NCBI GenBank assembly: GCA_000043285.1
Contig: BX248583.1
Span: 673,558 to 705,557 of the forward strand
Source of the DNA: Candidatus Blochmanniella floridana
GTDB taxonomy: Bacteria > Pseudomonadota > Gammaproteobacteria > Enterobacterales > Enterobacteriaceae
Direction: 5' to 3'
Length of the DNA: 32,000 nucleotides
Position 1 is the first letter of the stretch; every line of letters begins with the position of its first letter. The notes under the pieces are model-generated. The model saw only the letters and a list, made by a program, of their open reading frames with translations. It was not told where the DNA came from and ran no database searches. Shown piece by piece: positions 8,553 to 17,348 of the stretch. The position numbers and the translations under genes were made by a program.

Positions 8553-8602
8553 TAACAAAAATAAGTTTTTTTGTATAAAAAAACTTATTTTTGTTATTTT
8601 TT
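8552..8602 (+). terminator. rho-independent terminator downstream of yicC
   Basis: 21-bp perfect stem (ATAACAAAAATAAGTTTTTTT 8552-8572 / AAAAAAACTTATTTTTGTTAT 8577-8597), 4-nt loop GTAT, then TTTTT (8598-8602). Confidence 0.75.
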
Positions 8603-8965
8603 ACTAAAAATAATCAAAAAAATATTATAAAACATAAAAAAATATCTCAAAATGACTTTATTTGACTGATTTCTTTTTTCAATCTTAGAATATTTCAAAT
8701 TATTTAAAACTTAGATAGAATAAAATTGTTAATAATCTATATGTATATATTATTAATTTGTAACATCCTAATTTAGGAGGATAAAATTATAACAATTTTT
8801 TTTAAAATAATTTAGTTCTATTTTAGATACAAAGTTGCTTAAGGCTATTAGTTACATAACATTACATTAATTAAATTATTAGTTTAAATAAATAACACCG
8901 TAATTGTATTGTAATAAAAATAGTATTTTATAATTGTTGTTGATTTAATGTAGAGATATATAATT

Positions 8966-9400
8966 ATGAACAGATTAACAGATATTGCAAATATGGTAGA
9001 ATCTTTGTCTCGGATTTATCATCGTCTTCGTAAAGAAATTAATGGTCAGTTAATTAATGAAGGCCTATCTATGTCTAAAATGAAAATTTTACATCTTATA
9101 ACTACTGGTAAAACCAGTGCAACAGATATTAAAAATTATATGGGATTTTCATCAAGGACAGTAGTTACTGTACTTGATGCGTTGGAAAAAGATGAAATGT
9201 TACGTCGACAACAAAGTCTTACAGATCGTCGTGTAAAGTATGTACATATCACAAAAAAAGGACAGGAGAAATTGATTATAGCTAAATGTACATATAATAT
9301 TATTTTAGATCGTATATTTGCTCCTTTATCTGATGTACAATTAAAGAATTTTTATGAAGTATGTAATTTATTGGAAATCCAACAAAAAATAGCACAATGA
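8966..9400 (+). CDS. MarR-family (winged helix-turn-helix) transcriptional regulator
   Basis: 144 aa. The central wHTH-plus-wing signature LDALEKDEMLRRQQSLTDRRVKYVHITKKGQEKL resembles the MarR/SlyA pattern (LD.LE..GL..R.....DRR.K...LT.KG). Size and layout are typical of MarR/SlyA proteins. I cannot assign orthology (slyA or other) by eye. Confidence 0.75.
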   Translation: MNRLTDIANMVESLSRIYHRLRKEINGQLINEGLSMSKMKILHLITTGKTSATDIKNYMGFSSRTVVTVLDALEKDEMLRRQQSLTDRRVKYVHITKKGQEKLIIAKCTYNIILDRIFAPLSDVQLKNFYEVCNLLEIQQKIAQ

Positions 9401-9516
9401 TATTTAGATATATTATAAGTAGATCATATAAAATGAATAAATATAACAATACTATATATGATATACTATAAAATATATAATAATTTATTATTCAATAATT
9501 GGATTGTAAGTACTAT

Positions 9517-9568
9517 TAAATACAAACTACTAACTATCCATATATGGATAGTTAGTAGTTTGTATTTA
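9517..9568. repeat. 52-bp perfect palindrome between the MarR-family gene and gmk
   Basis: Checked base by base: TAAATACAAACTACTAACTATCCATA|TATGGATAGTTAGTAGTTTGTATTTA. It lies 117 nt after the MarR-family stop and 33 nt before the gmk ATG. Only TTT forms its 3' edge, so it is not a classical terminator. Confidence 0.85.
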
Positions 9569-9600
9569 CGTAATATGTAAACGATAGATAATATTTGATA

Positions 9601-10233
9601 ATGAAAAAGTATTCTGGATTATTAGGTATAATATCTGCTCCTAGTGGAGCAGGGAAGTCTACTTTAATAAATGCTTTACAAAAAAATGATTCAATTTTAC
9701 AAATAAAATTATCGATTTCTTATACTACTCGTAAAAAGAGACCTGGAGAAGTACATGGAAAAGATTATTATTTTATTTCTATAGAAGAATTTCAAAATAT
9801 GATTAATCAGAATATGTTTTTAGAATATGCAAAGGTTTTTAATCATTATTATGGCACTGAAAAAAATAGTATTAAATTAATGCTGAATTCTGGAGTACAT
9901 GTAATTTTAAATATAGATTGGCAAGGAATGAATCAAATTCGTAATAAAAAATTGGATTTTTATACTATCTTTATTTTACCACCATCTCAAAAAGAATTAG
10001 AAAAAAGATTAAGATTTAGAGGATTAGATACTGATCAAGTTATTTTTGATAGAATGAAACAGGCAATGAATGAAATTAGTCATTGTAAAGAATATGATTA
10101 TATTATTATAAATGATGATTTTAATATTGCATTAATATATTTACAGTCTGTAATTTTATCTAAACAATTAAAAATTGATTATCAGGAATATCATAATAGT
10201 AATTTGATTAATAATTTGTTATCATGTCTATAA
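9601..10233 (+). CDS. gmk: guanylate kinase
   Basis: SAPSGAGKS.L P-loop, plus S.S.TTR..RPGE.HG..Y.F, YYGT, DIDWQG and ILPPS..EL..RLR.RG match E. coli Gmk. The ORF track begins at TTG 9595; the ATG at 9601 (MKKYSG..) is more likely. Confidence 0.93.
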   Translation: MKKYSGLLGIISAPSGAGKSTLINALQKNDSILQIKLSISYTTRKKRPGEVHGKDYYFISIEEFQNMINQNMFLEYAKVFNHYYGTEKNSIKLMLNSGVHVILNIDWQGMNQIRNKKLDFYTIFILPPSQKELEKRLRFRGLDTDQVIFDRMKQAMNEISHCKEYDYIIINDDFNIALIYLQSVILSKQLKIDYQEYHNSNLINNLLSCL

Positions 10234-10269
10234 TGAATAGTTATAGTTTTATGTATGTAAAATAATAAA

Positions 10270-10452
10270 ATGATTGAAAAAAAAATAGTAGAAGAAATCA
10301 ATAGTCGATTTGATTTAATATTGGTTGCATCTAAATACGCTAGATCTATACAACAAAAAGAAAATTCGATTCAATTATCATCATGTAAACATAAATGTAC
10401 TGTAATTGCTTTGCAAGAATTAGAAAAAAGTATGATTAATATAGATAAATAA
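10270..10452 (+). CDS. rpoZ: RNA polymerase omega subunit (short form, 60 aa)
   Basis: SRFDLILVASKYAR and TVIALQELEKSMIN align with E. coli RpoZ NRFDLVLVAARRAR and TVIALREIEEGLIN. It follows gmk as in E. coli and lacks roughly the last 30 residues of the 91-aa E. coli protein. Confidence 0.85.
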   Translation: MIEKKIVEEINSRFDLILVASKYARSIQQKENSIQLSSCKHKCTVIALQELEKSMINIDK

Positions 10453-10522
10453 TTAATATGTTTAATAATTATATAGTATTAAATACGATATAATATGTAT
10501 ATAAAGGTAATGTTTGGTATTT

Positions 10523-11944
10523 ATGAATGTTGATTATTTTATTTCTTTTATAAATAAAAATAAAGTAAAGTTTATTGATTTACGTTTTACTGATATAATG
10601 GGTAAAGAACAGCATTTTACTATTCCACAATCACAGATTGATAATCATTTTTTTGAGAATGGTAAAGTTTTTGATGGTTCTTCTATGGTAGGTTGGAAAA
10701 ATGTTCATGAATCGGATATGATACTGATTCCAGATTTAACTAATGATCATATAATAGTTGATCCATTTTATCAAGATACTACTGTAATATTACGTTGTGA
10801 TGTACTTGACCCTCATAGTATGCAAAATTATGATAAAGATCCGAGATATATATCAAAAAAATCAGAAAAGTTTTTACAAGATTCTGGTATTGCTGATTTC
10901 GCTATGTTTGGTCCAGAACTAGAGTTTTTTGTATTTGATGATGTTAGATTTAAAACATCTATGTCAGGTTGTCATGTAATGATTGATGATCCAGAAGCAT
11001 CATGGAATAGTGATAAAGTTTATTTTTACGGAAATAAAGGACATAGACCAAAAATAAAAGGTGGATATTCTCCAGTTCCACCGATTGATTCTTCTCAAAA
11101 TTTAAGGTCTATGATGTCTATTATGATGGAAAAAATGGGATTAATTGTAGAAACTCATCATCATGAAGTAGCAACTGCTGGTCAAAATGAAATAATAACT
11201 AGATTTAATTCTTTAACTAGGAAAGCAGATGAAGTACAAATATATAAATATATAGTACATAATGTTTCGAATAAATTCGGAAAAACTGCTACTTTTATGC
11301 CAAAGCCTATTATAAAAGATAATGGTTCAGGTATGCATTGCCATATATCTTTGTATAAGAACAAAGTTAATTTATTTTCAGGTGATCAGTATGGAAATCT
11401 TTCGGAAATTGCTTTATTTTATATAGGAGGTATTTTAAAACATACTAAAGCATTAAATGCTATAACTAATCCTACTACCAATTCATATAAACGATTAATC
11501 CCTGGTTATGAAGCTCCAACATTTTTAACTTATTCTTTATCTAATCGTTCTAGTGCTATTCGTATTCCTGCAATAATTAATAATAATCCAAATTTATGTA
11601 GAATAGAAGTTCGATTTCCTGATCCATCAGCTAATCCTTATTTGGCTTTTCCTGCGTTATTGATGGCTGGTATAGATGGTATTATTAATGAAATCCATCC
11701 TGGAAATCCTGTAAATAAAAATTTATATACTTTATCTGATTTAGAAAAAGAACATACATTGTACACGTCTCAATCTTTAAATGAATCATTACAATATTTA
11801 AGTGAAGATTATGAATTTTTAATAAGAAATAATGTGTTTAGTAAAAATTTTATTGATTCGTATATATTAATACATAAAAAAATGGATAGCTTAGTAAGAT
11901 CAGTTCCACATCCGATGGAATTTGAATTATATTATAGTATATAA
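10523..11944 (+). CDS. glnA: glutamine synthetase type I
   Basis: [79 protein letters not shown] and HP.EFELYYS match E. coli GlnA. The ORF track start TTG 10514 is replaced here by the in-frame ATG at 10523. Confidence 0.95.
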   Translation: MNVDYFISFINKNKVKFIDLRFTDIMGKEQHFTIPQSQIDNHFFENGKVFDGSSMVGWKNVHESDMILIPDLTNDHIIVDPFYQDTTVILRCDVLDPHSMQNYDKDPRYISKKSEKFLQDSGIADFAMFGPELEFFVFDDVRFKTSMSGCHVMIDDPEASWNSDKVYFYGNKGHRPKIKGGYSPVPPIDSSQNLRSMMSIMMEKMGLIVETHHHEVATAGQNEIITRFNSLTRKADEVQIYKYIVHNVSNKFGKTATFMPKPIIKDNGSGMHCHISLYKNKVNLFSGDQYGNLSEIALFYIGGILKHTKALNAITNPTTNSYKRLIPGYEAPTFLTYSLSNRSSAIRIPAIINNNPNLCRIEVRFPDPSANPYLAFPALLMAGIDGIINEIHPGNPVNKNLYTLSDLEKEHTLYTSQSLNESLQYLSEDYEFLIRNNVFSKNFIDSYILIHKKMDSLVRSVPHPMEFELYYSI

Positions 11945-12079
11945 ATATATATACGTATAAATATATTATATAAGTTATGTATTTTATTAATAATATAATT
12001 GTGTACTGTATTATTTTATAGATCTAAATAATAGTATAGGTTGTATAATATATAAGGTAATATCATGATATTAATCTAT

Positions 12080-14911
12080 TTAATGAGCTTGTTCCCAATT
12101 TTTTCCGACTCCGATATCTACTTTTAAGGGTACATCTAAAATAAAACATTCTTCCATTAATTTTTTAATTTGTTTTATCGCAGTATCTATAAAATTATTT
12201 TGTACTTCAAATACTAATTCATCATGTACCTGCATAATCATCTGTACTGGAATATCATCTTGTTTTAACCAGTAATTAATAGATATCATTGCTTTCTTAA
12301 TTATATCTGCAGCACTTCCCTGCATAGGAGCATTTATAGCTGCTCGTTCTGCTCCTTTTTTTTTGGATAGATTTTTAGAATAAATGTTTGGTAAATATAA
12401 TTTTCGACCTTCTAAAGTTGATACATACCCATATTTATAGACATTATCTTTAATGTGTTGTATATATTGCATGACTCCAGGATAACGTTGAAAATAACGA
12501 TCGACATATTTTTGTGCTTCATAACAAGTTACTGATAATTGTTTTGATAGTCCAAACGCGCTCATTCCATAAATTAATCCAAAATTTATTGTTTTAGCTT
12601 GATGTCTTTGTTCATTTGTAACTAAGTTTAATGAAGTAACGAATATTTCAGAAGCAGTTGTGGTGTGAATATCTTTTCCAGATAAAAAATCATTAATTAA
12701 TTTAAAATCACGAGATAAATGAGCCATAATTCTTAATTCTATTTGAGAATAATCTGCGGATACTATTACAGAATGGGAGGGAGCAATAAAAGCTTGACGT
12801 ATTTTTCTACCATCATGATTTCTATTTGGAATATTTTGTAGATTTGGGTTAGCGGAAGATAATCGACCGGTAGCAGTTCTAGTTTGGTTATATGATGTAT
12901 GAATTCGATTTGATTCTGTATTAACCATAGATATTAATTTATTAGTGTATGTTGATTTTAATTTAGATAAACTTCTATATTTTAAAATAATTTTTGGTAT
13001 AGGATATTTATGAGATAATTTTTTTAATACTTCTTCATTTGTTGAAGGAGATCCACTTGGAGTTTTTTTTAAAATAGGTAATTTTTGTTTTTTATATAAT
13101 ATTTCTTGAAGTTGTTTAATAGAATCAAGGTTAAAGGATGTTCCTGCTAATTGGTATGCTTGGTTTTGTAATGTATTTAAATGAACATTTAGTTCCATTG
13201 AATAAGAACACAATAATGTTTTATCAATTAAAACACCATAACTTTCAATATGAGCAAGAATAGAAATTAATGGTATTTCTATTTCTTGAAATATTTTTTT
13301 TAACTTATCATTTGAGTAAAGTTGAGGCCATAAAATTTGATGTAAATCAAATATGGCTAGTATTAATTGGATTGCATATAATGATTCTTGATATATATTT
13401 TTTATTTCTTTAACTATATAATTATTATAATTATCATAAGATTGTTGAAAATTTAAAATAGAATTAAATGTTTCTTTGTTTAGAAAACGTTTTATATTTT
13501 GATAGTTAGTAGTTCCATATAATATGTAAAATTCTAATATTACATCAAATATTTTTCCAGATAAATTAATATTATGTCGTTTCAGTAAAGAATAATTAAA
13601 TTTCATATTTTGTCCAATTTTAACAACTGCAGGATTTTCTAAAATTGGTTGTAGATTTAGTAATACATTTTTGAGTGAGAGATAATTTTTATTATTGTAC
13701 TGGTTTGGTATTTGAATATTGTTACTAATAGGTATGTATATATATTGATTGATATATATATTATATAAGGATAAACATAAACCAAGGATGTTAGCTGTAA
13801 AAATATTAGAATTATCTGAATGTATATTAAGAATGAGATGGTTTTTATGATAATTTTGTTTTATCCAATGTTTAAGGGTAGCAGTGTTATATATAATGTA
13901 ATTTGAATTATTATTTAGTTTTAAATTGTTGTATGAGGAATTTTGTATTATTTTTGTATTTGCATGTTTGGTATATGCAGTAGATATTATTTTTTTTTCA
14001 TATTTATTTGTATTATTCCATTTTCCTGATTGTAAGTCTGTTAACCAAGTATTAAATTCGTATTGTGTAAATAGTAATATTAGATCTTGAGTATTAATTT
14101 CTTGTATTAATAGTTTATAATCAGATTCTTGTAAAGGAACATCTATTTTAATGGTTGCTAATTTGTAACATAAAAATGCTAGTTCTTTATTAATTAGTAG
14201 TGCTTGATATATCTTTTTTCGACCACGAATATTTAATTGTAAAATATTATTTAAGTTTTGATATAATATATTTAAGTTGCCTATTTGATTAAGTACAATT
14301 TGGGCTGTTTTTTTTCCAATACCAGGTACACCAGGGATGTTATCAGCTCGATCTCCAACTAATGCTAAATAATCTGCGATTAATGTTGGCGGTACTCCAA
14401 ACTTTTTTTCTACTTCTGTGGGATTAAGCATAATATTTGACATTGTATTAATTAGAATAATGTTAGAAGATACAATTTGTGCCATATCTTTATCTCCAGT
14501 ACTAATTAATACTGTTTTATTGAGTTGTGCATAAAAAGTAGCTAAAGTTGCTATTACATCATCTGCTTCTACATTAGGTATATTTAATACAGAAATACCC
14601 ATTGCTTTTATAATTTTATGAGTAGGAATGATTTGGATAGATAAATCATCAGGAATTTTAATACGATTAGATTTATATTGTTTGAATAGATCATCGCGAA
14701 ATGTTTTTCCTGATACATCAAAGATTACTGCCATATGTGAAGGTTGATATCGAGTTATTAAGCTTTTGATCATACTTATCACTCCATATATTACCCAAAC
14801 AGGTTGACCATTTTGTGTAGTTAAAGGTGGATATGCATGATATGCTCTGTACATATAGAAAGATCCGTCTACTAAAATTATTGGATTATGTATTGTAGAT
14901 TGTGAGTTCAT
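12080..14911 (-). CDS. polA: DNA polymerase I (full length, 943 aa)
   Basis: 5'-nuclease N-terminus (LVDGSFYMYRAYHA, GDRADNIPGVPGIGKKTA). Polymerase motif A SADYSQIELRIMAHLS, motif B RHQAKTINFGLIYGMSAFGL and motif C MQVHDELVFEV, with the C-terminus ending NWEQAH as in E. coli. See the findings for the degenerate 3'-5' exonuclease motifs. Confidence 0.97.
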   Translation of the reverse strand: MNSQSTIHNPIILVDGSFYMYRAYHAYPPLTTQNGQPVWVIYGVISMIKSLITRYQPSHMAVIFDVSGKTFRDDLFKQYKSNRIKIPDDLSIQIIPTHKIIKAMGISVLNIPNVEADDVIATLATFYAQLNKTVLISTGDKDMAQIVSSNIILINTMSNIMLNPTEVEKKFGVPPTLIADYLALVGDRADNIPGVPGIGKKTAQIVLNQIGNLNILYQNLNNILQLNIRGRKKIYQALLINKELAFLCYKLATIKIDVPLQESDYKLLIQEINTQDLILLFTQYEFNTWLTDLQSGKWNNTNKYEKKIISTAYTKHANTKIIQNSSYNNLKLNNNSNYIIYNTATLKHWIKQNYHKNHLILNIHSDNSNIFTANILGLCLSLYNIYINQYIYIPISNNIQIPNQYNNKNYLSLKNVLLNLQPILENPAVVKIGQNMKFNYSLLKRHNINLSGKIFDVILEFYILYGTTNYQNIKRFLNKETFNSILNFQQSYDNYNNYIVKEIKNIYQESLYAIQLILAIFDLHQILWPQLYSNDKLKKIFQEIEIPLISILAHIESYGVLIDKTLLCSYSMELNVHLNTLQNQAYQLAGTSFNLDSIKQLQEILYKKQKLPILKKTPSGSPSTNEEVLKKLSHKYPIPKIILKYRSLSKLKSTYTNKLISMVNTESNRIHTSYNQTRTATGRLSSANPNLQNIPNRNHDGRKIRQAFIAPSHSVIVSADYSQIELRIMAHLSRDFKLINDFLSGKDIHTTTASEIFVTSLNLVTNEQRHQAKTINFGLIYGMSAFGLSKQLSVTCYEAQKYVDRYFQRYPGVMQYIQHIKDNVYKYGYVSTLEGRKLYLPNIYSKNLSKKKGAERAAINAPMQGSAADIIKKAMISINYWLKQDDIPVQMIMQVHDELVFEVQNNFIDTAIKQIKKLMEECFILDVPLKVDIGVGKNWEQAH

Positions 14912-15563
14912 AATATAAAACTAAATAATATATTGTTTAATGTAGATTAAATAGGAGGATGTATTCATATAAATAGCTAACAACACTAAATTCTATGTTA
15001 TCACTAAAATTAGTAGAATAAAATATTGAGTAATAATTTTTTTTGTAAGTAGTGTTAATAAATCAAAGAATTATGTAATATATGTATGTATGGAAGATAA
15101 ATTTGATTTATATTTTGCATTATGTATTAACCGTGAACAAAAAGAAAGGAATTGTTTTAATAAAATTAATAGCTTTTTTTTGATTTATAAATTAAAAATT
15201 GATTAGTATACTATTCTAATAATGTTGTATGTTTTATATTCATTATTAATTGCATGAGTTTACTTCGGGTATATTTTTAGTATAAAGAGAATATTATCTG
15301 AGCATAGTTATAAATAAAAATAGAAACTTATTCAATCTGATATCCATAAAATTATTATTATAATATCGCAAGTATATAGTAATTATTATATTTATGTAGC
15401 TTTAAGTAATTAATATGATTTTTTATAAATAGAGCATAGATTGGATAATTTTTATTGCATTGTATTAAAAATTTATAAAATGTTTGAATTAATAACCATG
15501 AGTTTAATAAAAAAGAGAAAATTTTAGTAAATTACAAACATATATAGTGGATTGAGGTTAATA

Positions 15564-15615
15564 TATTGATTTTTCTATGATTCATATACTTATATGAATC
15601 ATAGAAAAATCAATA
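15564..15615. repeat. 52-nt perfect inverted repeat (25-bp arms, 2-nt centre)
   Basis: Checked base by base: 15564-15588 is the reverse complement of 15591-15615 (TATTGATTTTTCTATGATTCATATA-CT-TATATGAATCATAGAAAAATCAATA). It lies about 130 nt downstream of the ubiD stop on the - strand, with no flanking T-run. Confidence 0.85.
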
Positions 15616-15741
15616 AGATAGATGTGTATATACATAATTTTGTTGTTTTTAGTTAATATATTATTAATCTTATGATTCATAATAATTTTTATTATAAATA
15701 TATATTGTATGTAATTGTATATATTATAACGGTTTGTAATA

Positions 15742-17241
15742 TTAATTTTTATGTTTGAATGGTTTTTCATTACATGGTATGTGTAATTGATCCCATATAT
15801 CATTAATTCGAGATTGTATAGAATTATTCATTTGAATTGGTTTTCCCCATGTTCTTTGTGTTTCTCCAGGCCATTTATTTGTTGCATCTATACCCATTTT
15901 CGATCCTAATCCAGAAATAGGACTAGAAAAATCAAGATAATCTATAGGAGTATTTTCTGCAATAATTATGTCTCGAGCTGGATCCATACGTGTAGATATC
16001 GCCCATATTACATCTTTCCAGTCTCTTGCATTAATATCATCATCGCATACAAGTATAAATTTAGTATACATAAATTGATTTAAGCAAGACCATACTCCAA
16101 AAATTATTTTTTTTGCATGTCCTAGAAATTGTTTTTTTATAGTTACTATAGCTAATCTATATGAGCAGCCTTCTGGAGGTAAATAAAAATCTATAATTTC
16201 TGGAAATTGTTTTTGTATAATTGGAATGAATAATTCATTCATTGCCATACCTAAAATGGAAGGTTCATCTGGGGGTCGTCCGGTGTATGTAGAATGATAT
16301 ATTGGATTATTTCTATGAGTAATATGTGTAATAGTACAAACTGGAAATTTTTCAGTAGAATTATAATATCCTGTATGATCTCCGAATGGACCTTCTACCG
16401 CTATATCATCCCTATTTATATATCCTTCTAATATTATTTCAGAATATGCAGGAACATATAAATTAGATGAGATACATTTGGTTACTGCTGTTTTACTTCC
16501 TCGTAATAATCCAGAGAAAGCATATTCTGATAAAGTATTAGGAATAGGAATGGCTGCTCCTATTAAAGTAGCTGGATCAGCTCCTAAAGCTATAGCAATA
16601 GGGAATTTTTTTTCTGAAGAGTGTGTATACCATTCTTGAAAGTCTAATGCTCCACCTCTATGAGCAAGCCATCTAATAATTATTTTATTTTTAGATAATA
16701 CTTGATGACGATAAATTCCAAGATTTTGTCTTTTATTGGTAAATCCTTGAGTAATAGTAATACCCCAAGTAATAGCTATTGATATATCTCCAGGCCAACT
16801 TTTCATGATTGGCATTTGTGTAATATCGATATCTTGTGCATTATTCCATATATTTTCTTGACATACAGCATTGCTTACATGTTTTATTGGCATATTTAAA
16901 ATTTGTCGAAAATTAGGTATTTTAGATAGGAAATCTCGAAATCCAGTTGGTATTTGAGGTTCTTTTAAAAACGCAAGTAATTTTCCAATATCTCGTAAGG
17001 ATAGGATATTTTTAATGCCTATTCCTAATTCTATTCTACTGATTGTGCCAAATAAATTACATAAAATGGGAATAGAATGACCTATGGGATTTGTAAATAA
17101 TAATGCTGGTCCTTGAGATTTTAGAGTGCGATGAGCAATTTCAGTGATTTCTAAATTTGGATCAACAGGAAAGTCAATTTTCTTTAATTCCCCTTGATAT
17201 TCTAAAGTTTTAATAAAATTACGTAAATCTTTATAGGTCAT
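15742..17241 (-). CDS. ubiD: 4-hydroxy-3-polyprenylbenzoate decarboxylase
   Basis: 499 aa. The N-terminus [20 protein letters not shown] aligns with E. coli UbiD YNDLRDFLTLLEQQGELKRI. Conserved blocks such as GPALLF, QNLGIYR, RGGALD and [10 protein letters not shown] are collinear. Confidence 0.95.
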   Translation of the reverse strand: MTYKDLRNFIKTLEYQGELKKIDFPVDPNLEITEIAHRTLKSQGPALLFTNPIGHSIPILCNLFGTISRIELGIGIKNILSLRDIGKLLAFLKEPQIPTGFRDFLSKIPNFRQILNMPIKHVSNAVCQENIWNNAQDIDITQMPIMKSWPGDISIAITWGITITQGFTNKRQNLGIYRHQVLSKNKIIIRWLAHRGGALDFQEWYTHSSEKKFPIAIALGADPATLIGAAIPIPNTLSEYAFSGLLRGSKTAVTKCISSNLYVPAYSEIILEGYINRDDIAVEGPFGDHTGYYNSTEKFPVCTITHITHRNNPIYHSTYTGRPPDEPSILGMAMNELFIPIIQKQFPEIIDFYLPPEGCSYRLAIVTIKKQFLGHAKKIIFGVWSCLNQFMYTKFILVCDDDINARDWKDVIWAISTRMDPARDIIIAENTPIDYLDFSSPISGLGSKMGIDATNKWPGETQRTWGKPIQMNNSIQSRINDIWDQLHIPCNEKPFKHKN

Positions 17242-17348
17242 GATGTTATAAATATGTATAATTTTATTATATAATATTAAAATAATTGGTTATATTTATG
17301 TATAATATCATGATAATTTGATTCTTTGTATTTATTTAATAATGATTG

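Noticed and set aside
8775-8780. Isolated strong Shine-Dalgarno-like AGGAGG in the yicC-MarR spacer, and another at 14953-14958 directly abutting an ATG
   Set aside because: No ATG, GTG or TTG lies at a sensible spacing after 8780, and the only short frame stops after 9 codons. The 14959 ATG has zero spacing from the SD and opens a 5-codon frame. Neither gives credible evidence for a small protein gene.
11182-11364. 60-aa ORF on the - strand
   Set aside because: It is antisense inside glnA, with no homology signal.
11945-12079. Possible Spot 42 (spf) sRNA downstream of polA, as in E. coli
   Set aside because: The 135-bp convergent glnA/polA spacer shows no G+C-enriched or structured segment resembling spf. 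It contains only a short ATATCATGATAT-type palindrome.
15582-15803. 73-aa ORF on the - strand overlapping the ubiD 3' end
   Set aside because: Its sequence is almost pure I/N/Y/K low complexity. It starts inside the 15564-15615 palindrome and overlaps the ubiD stop region. It looks like a composition artefact.
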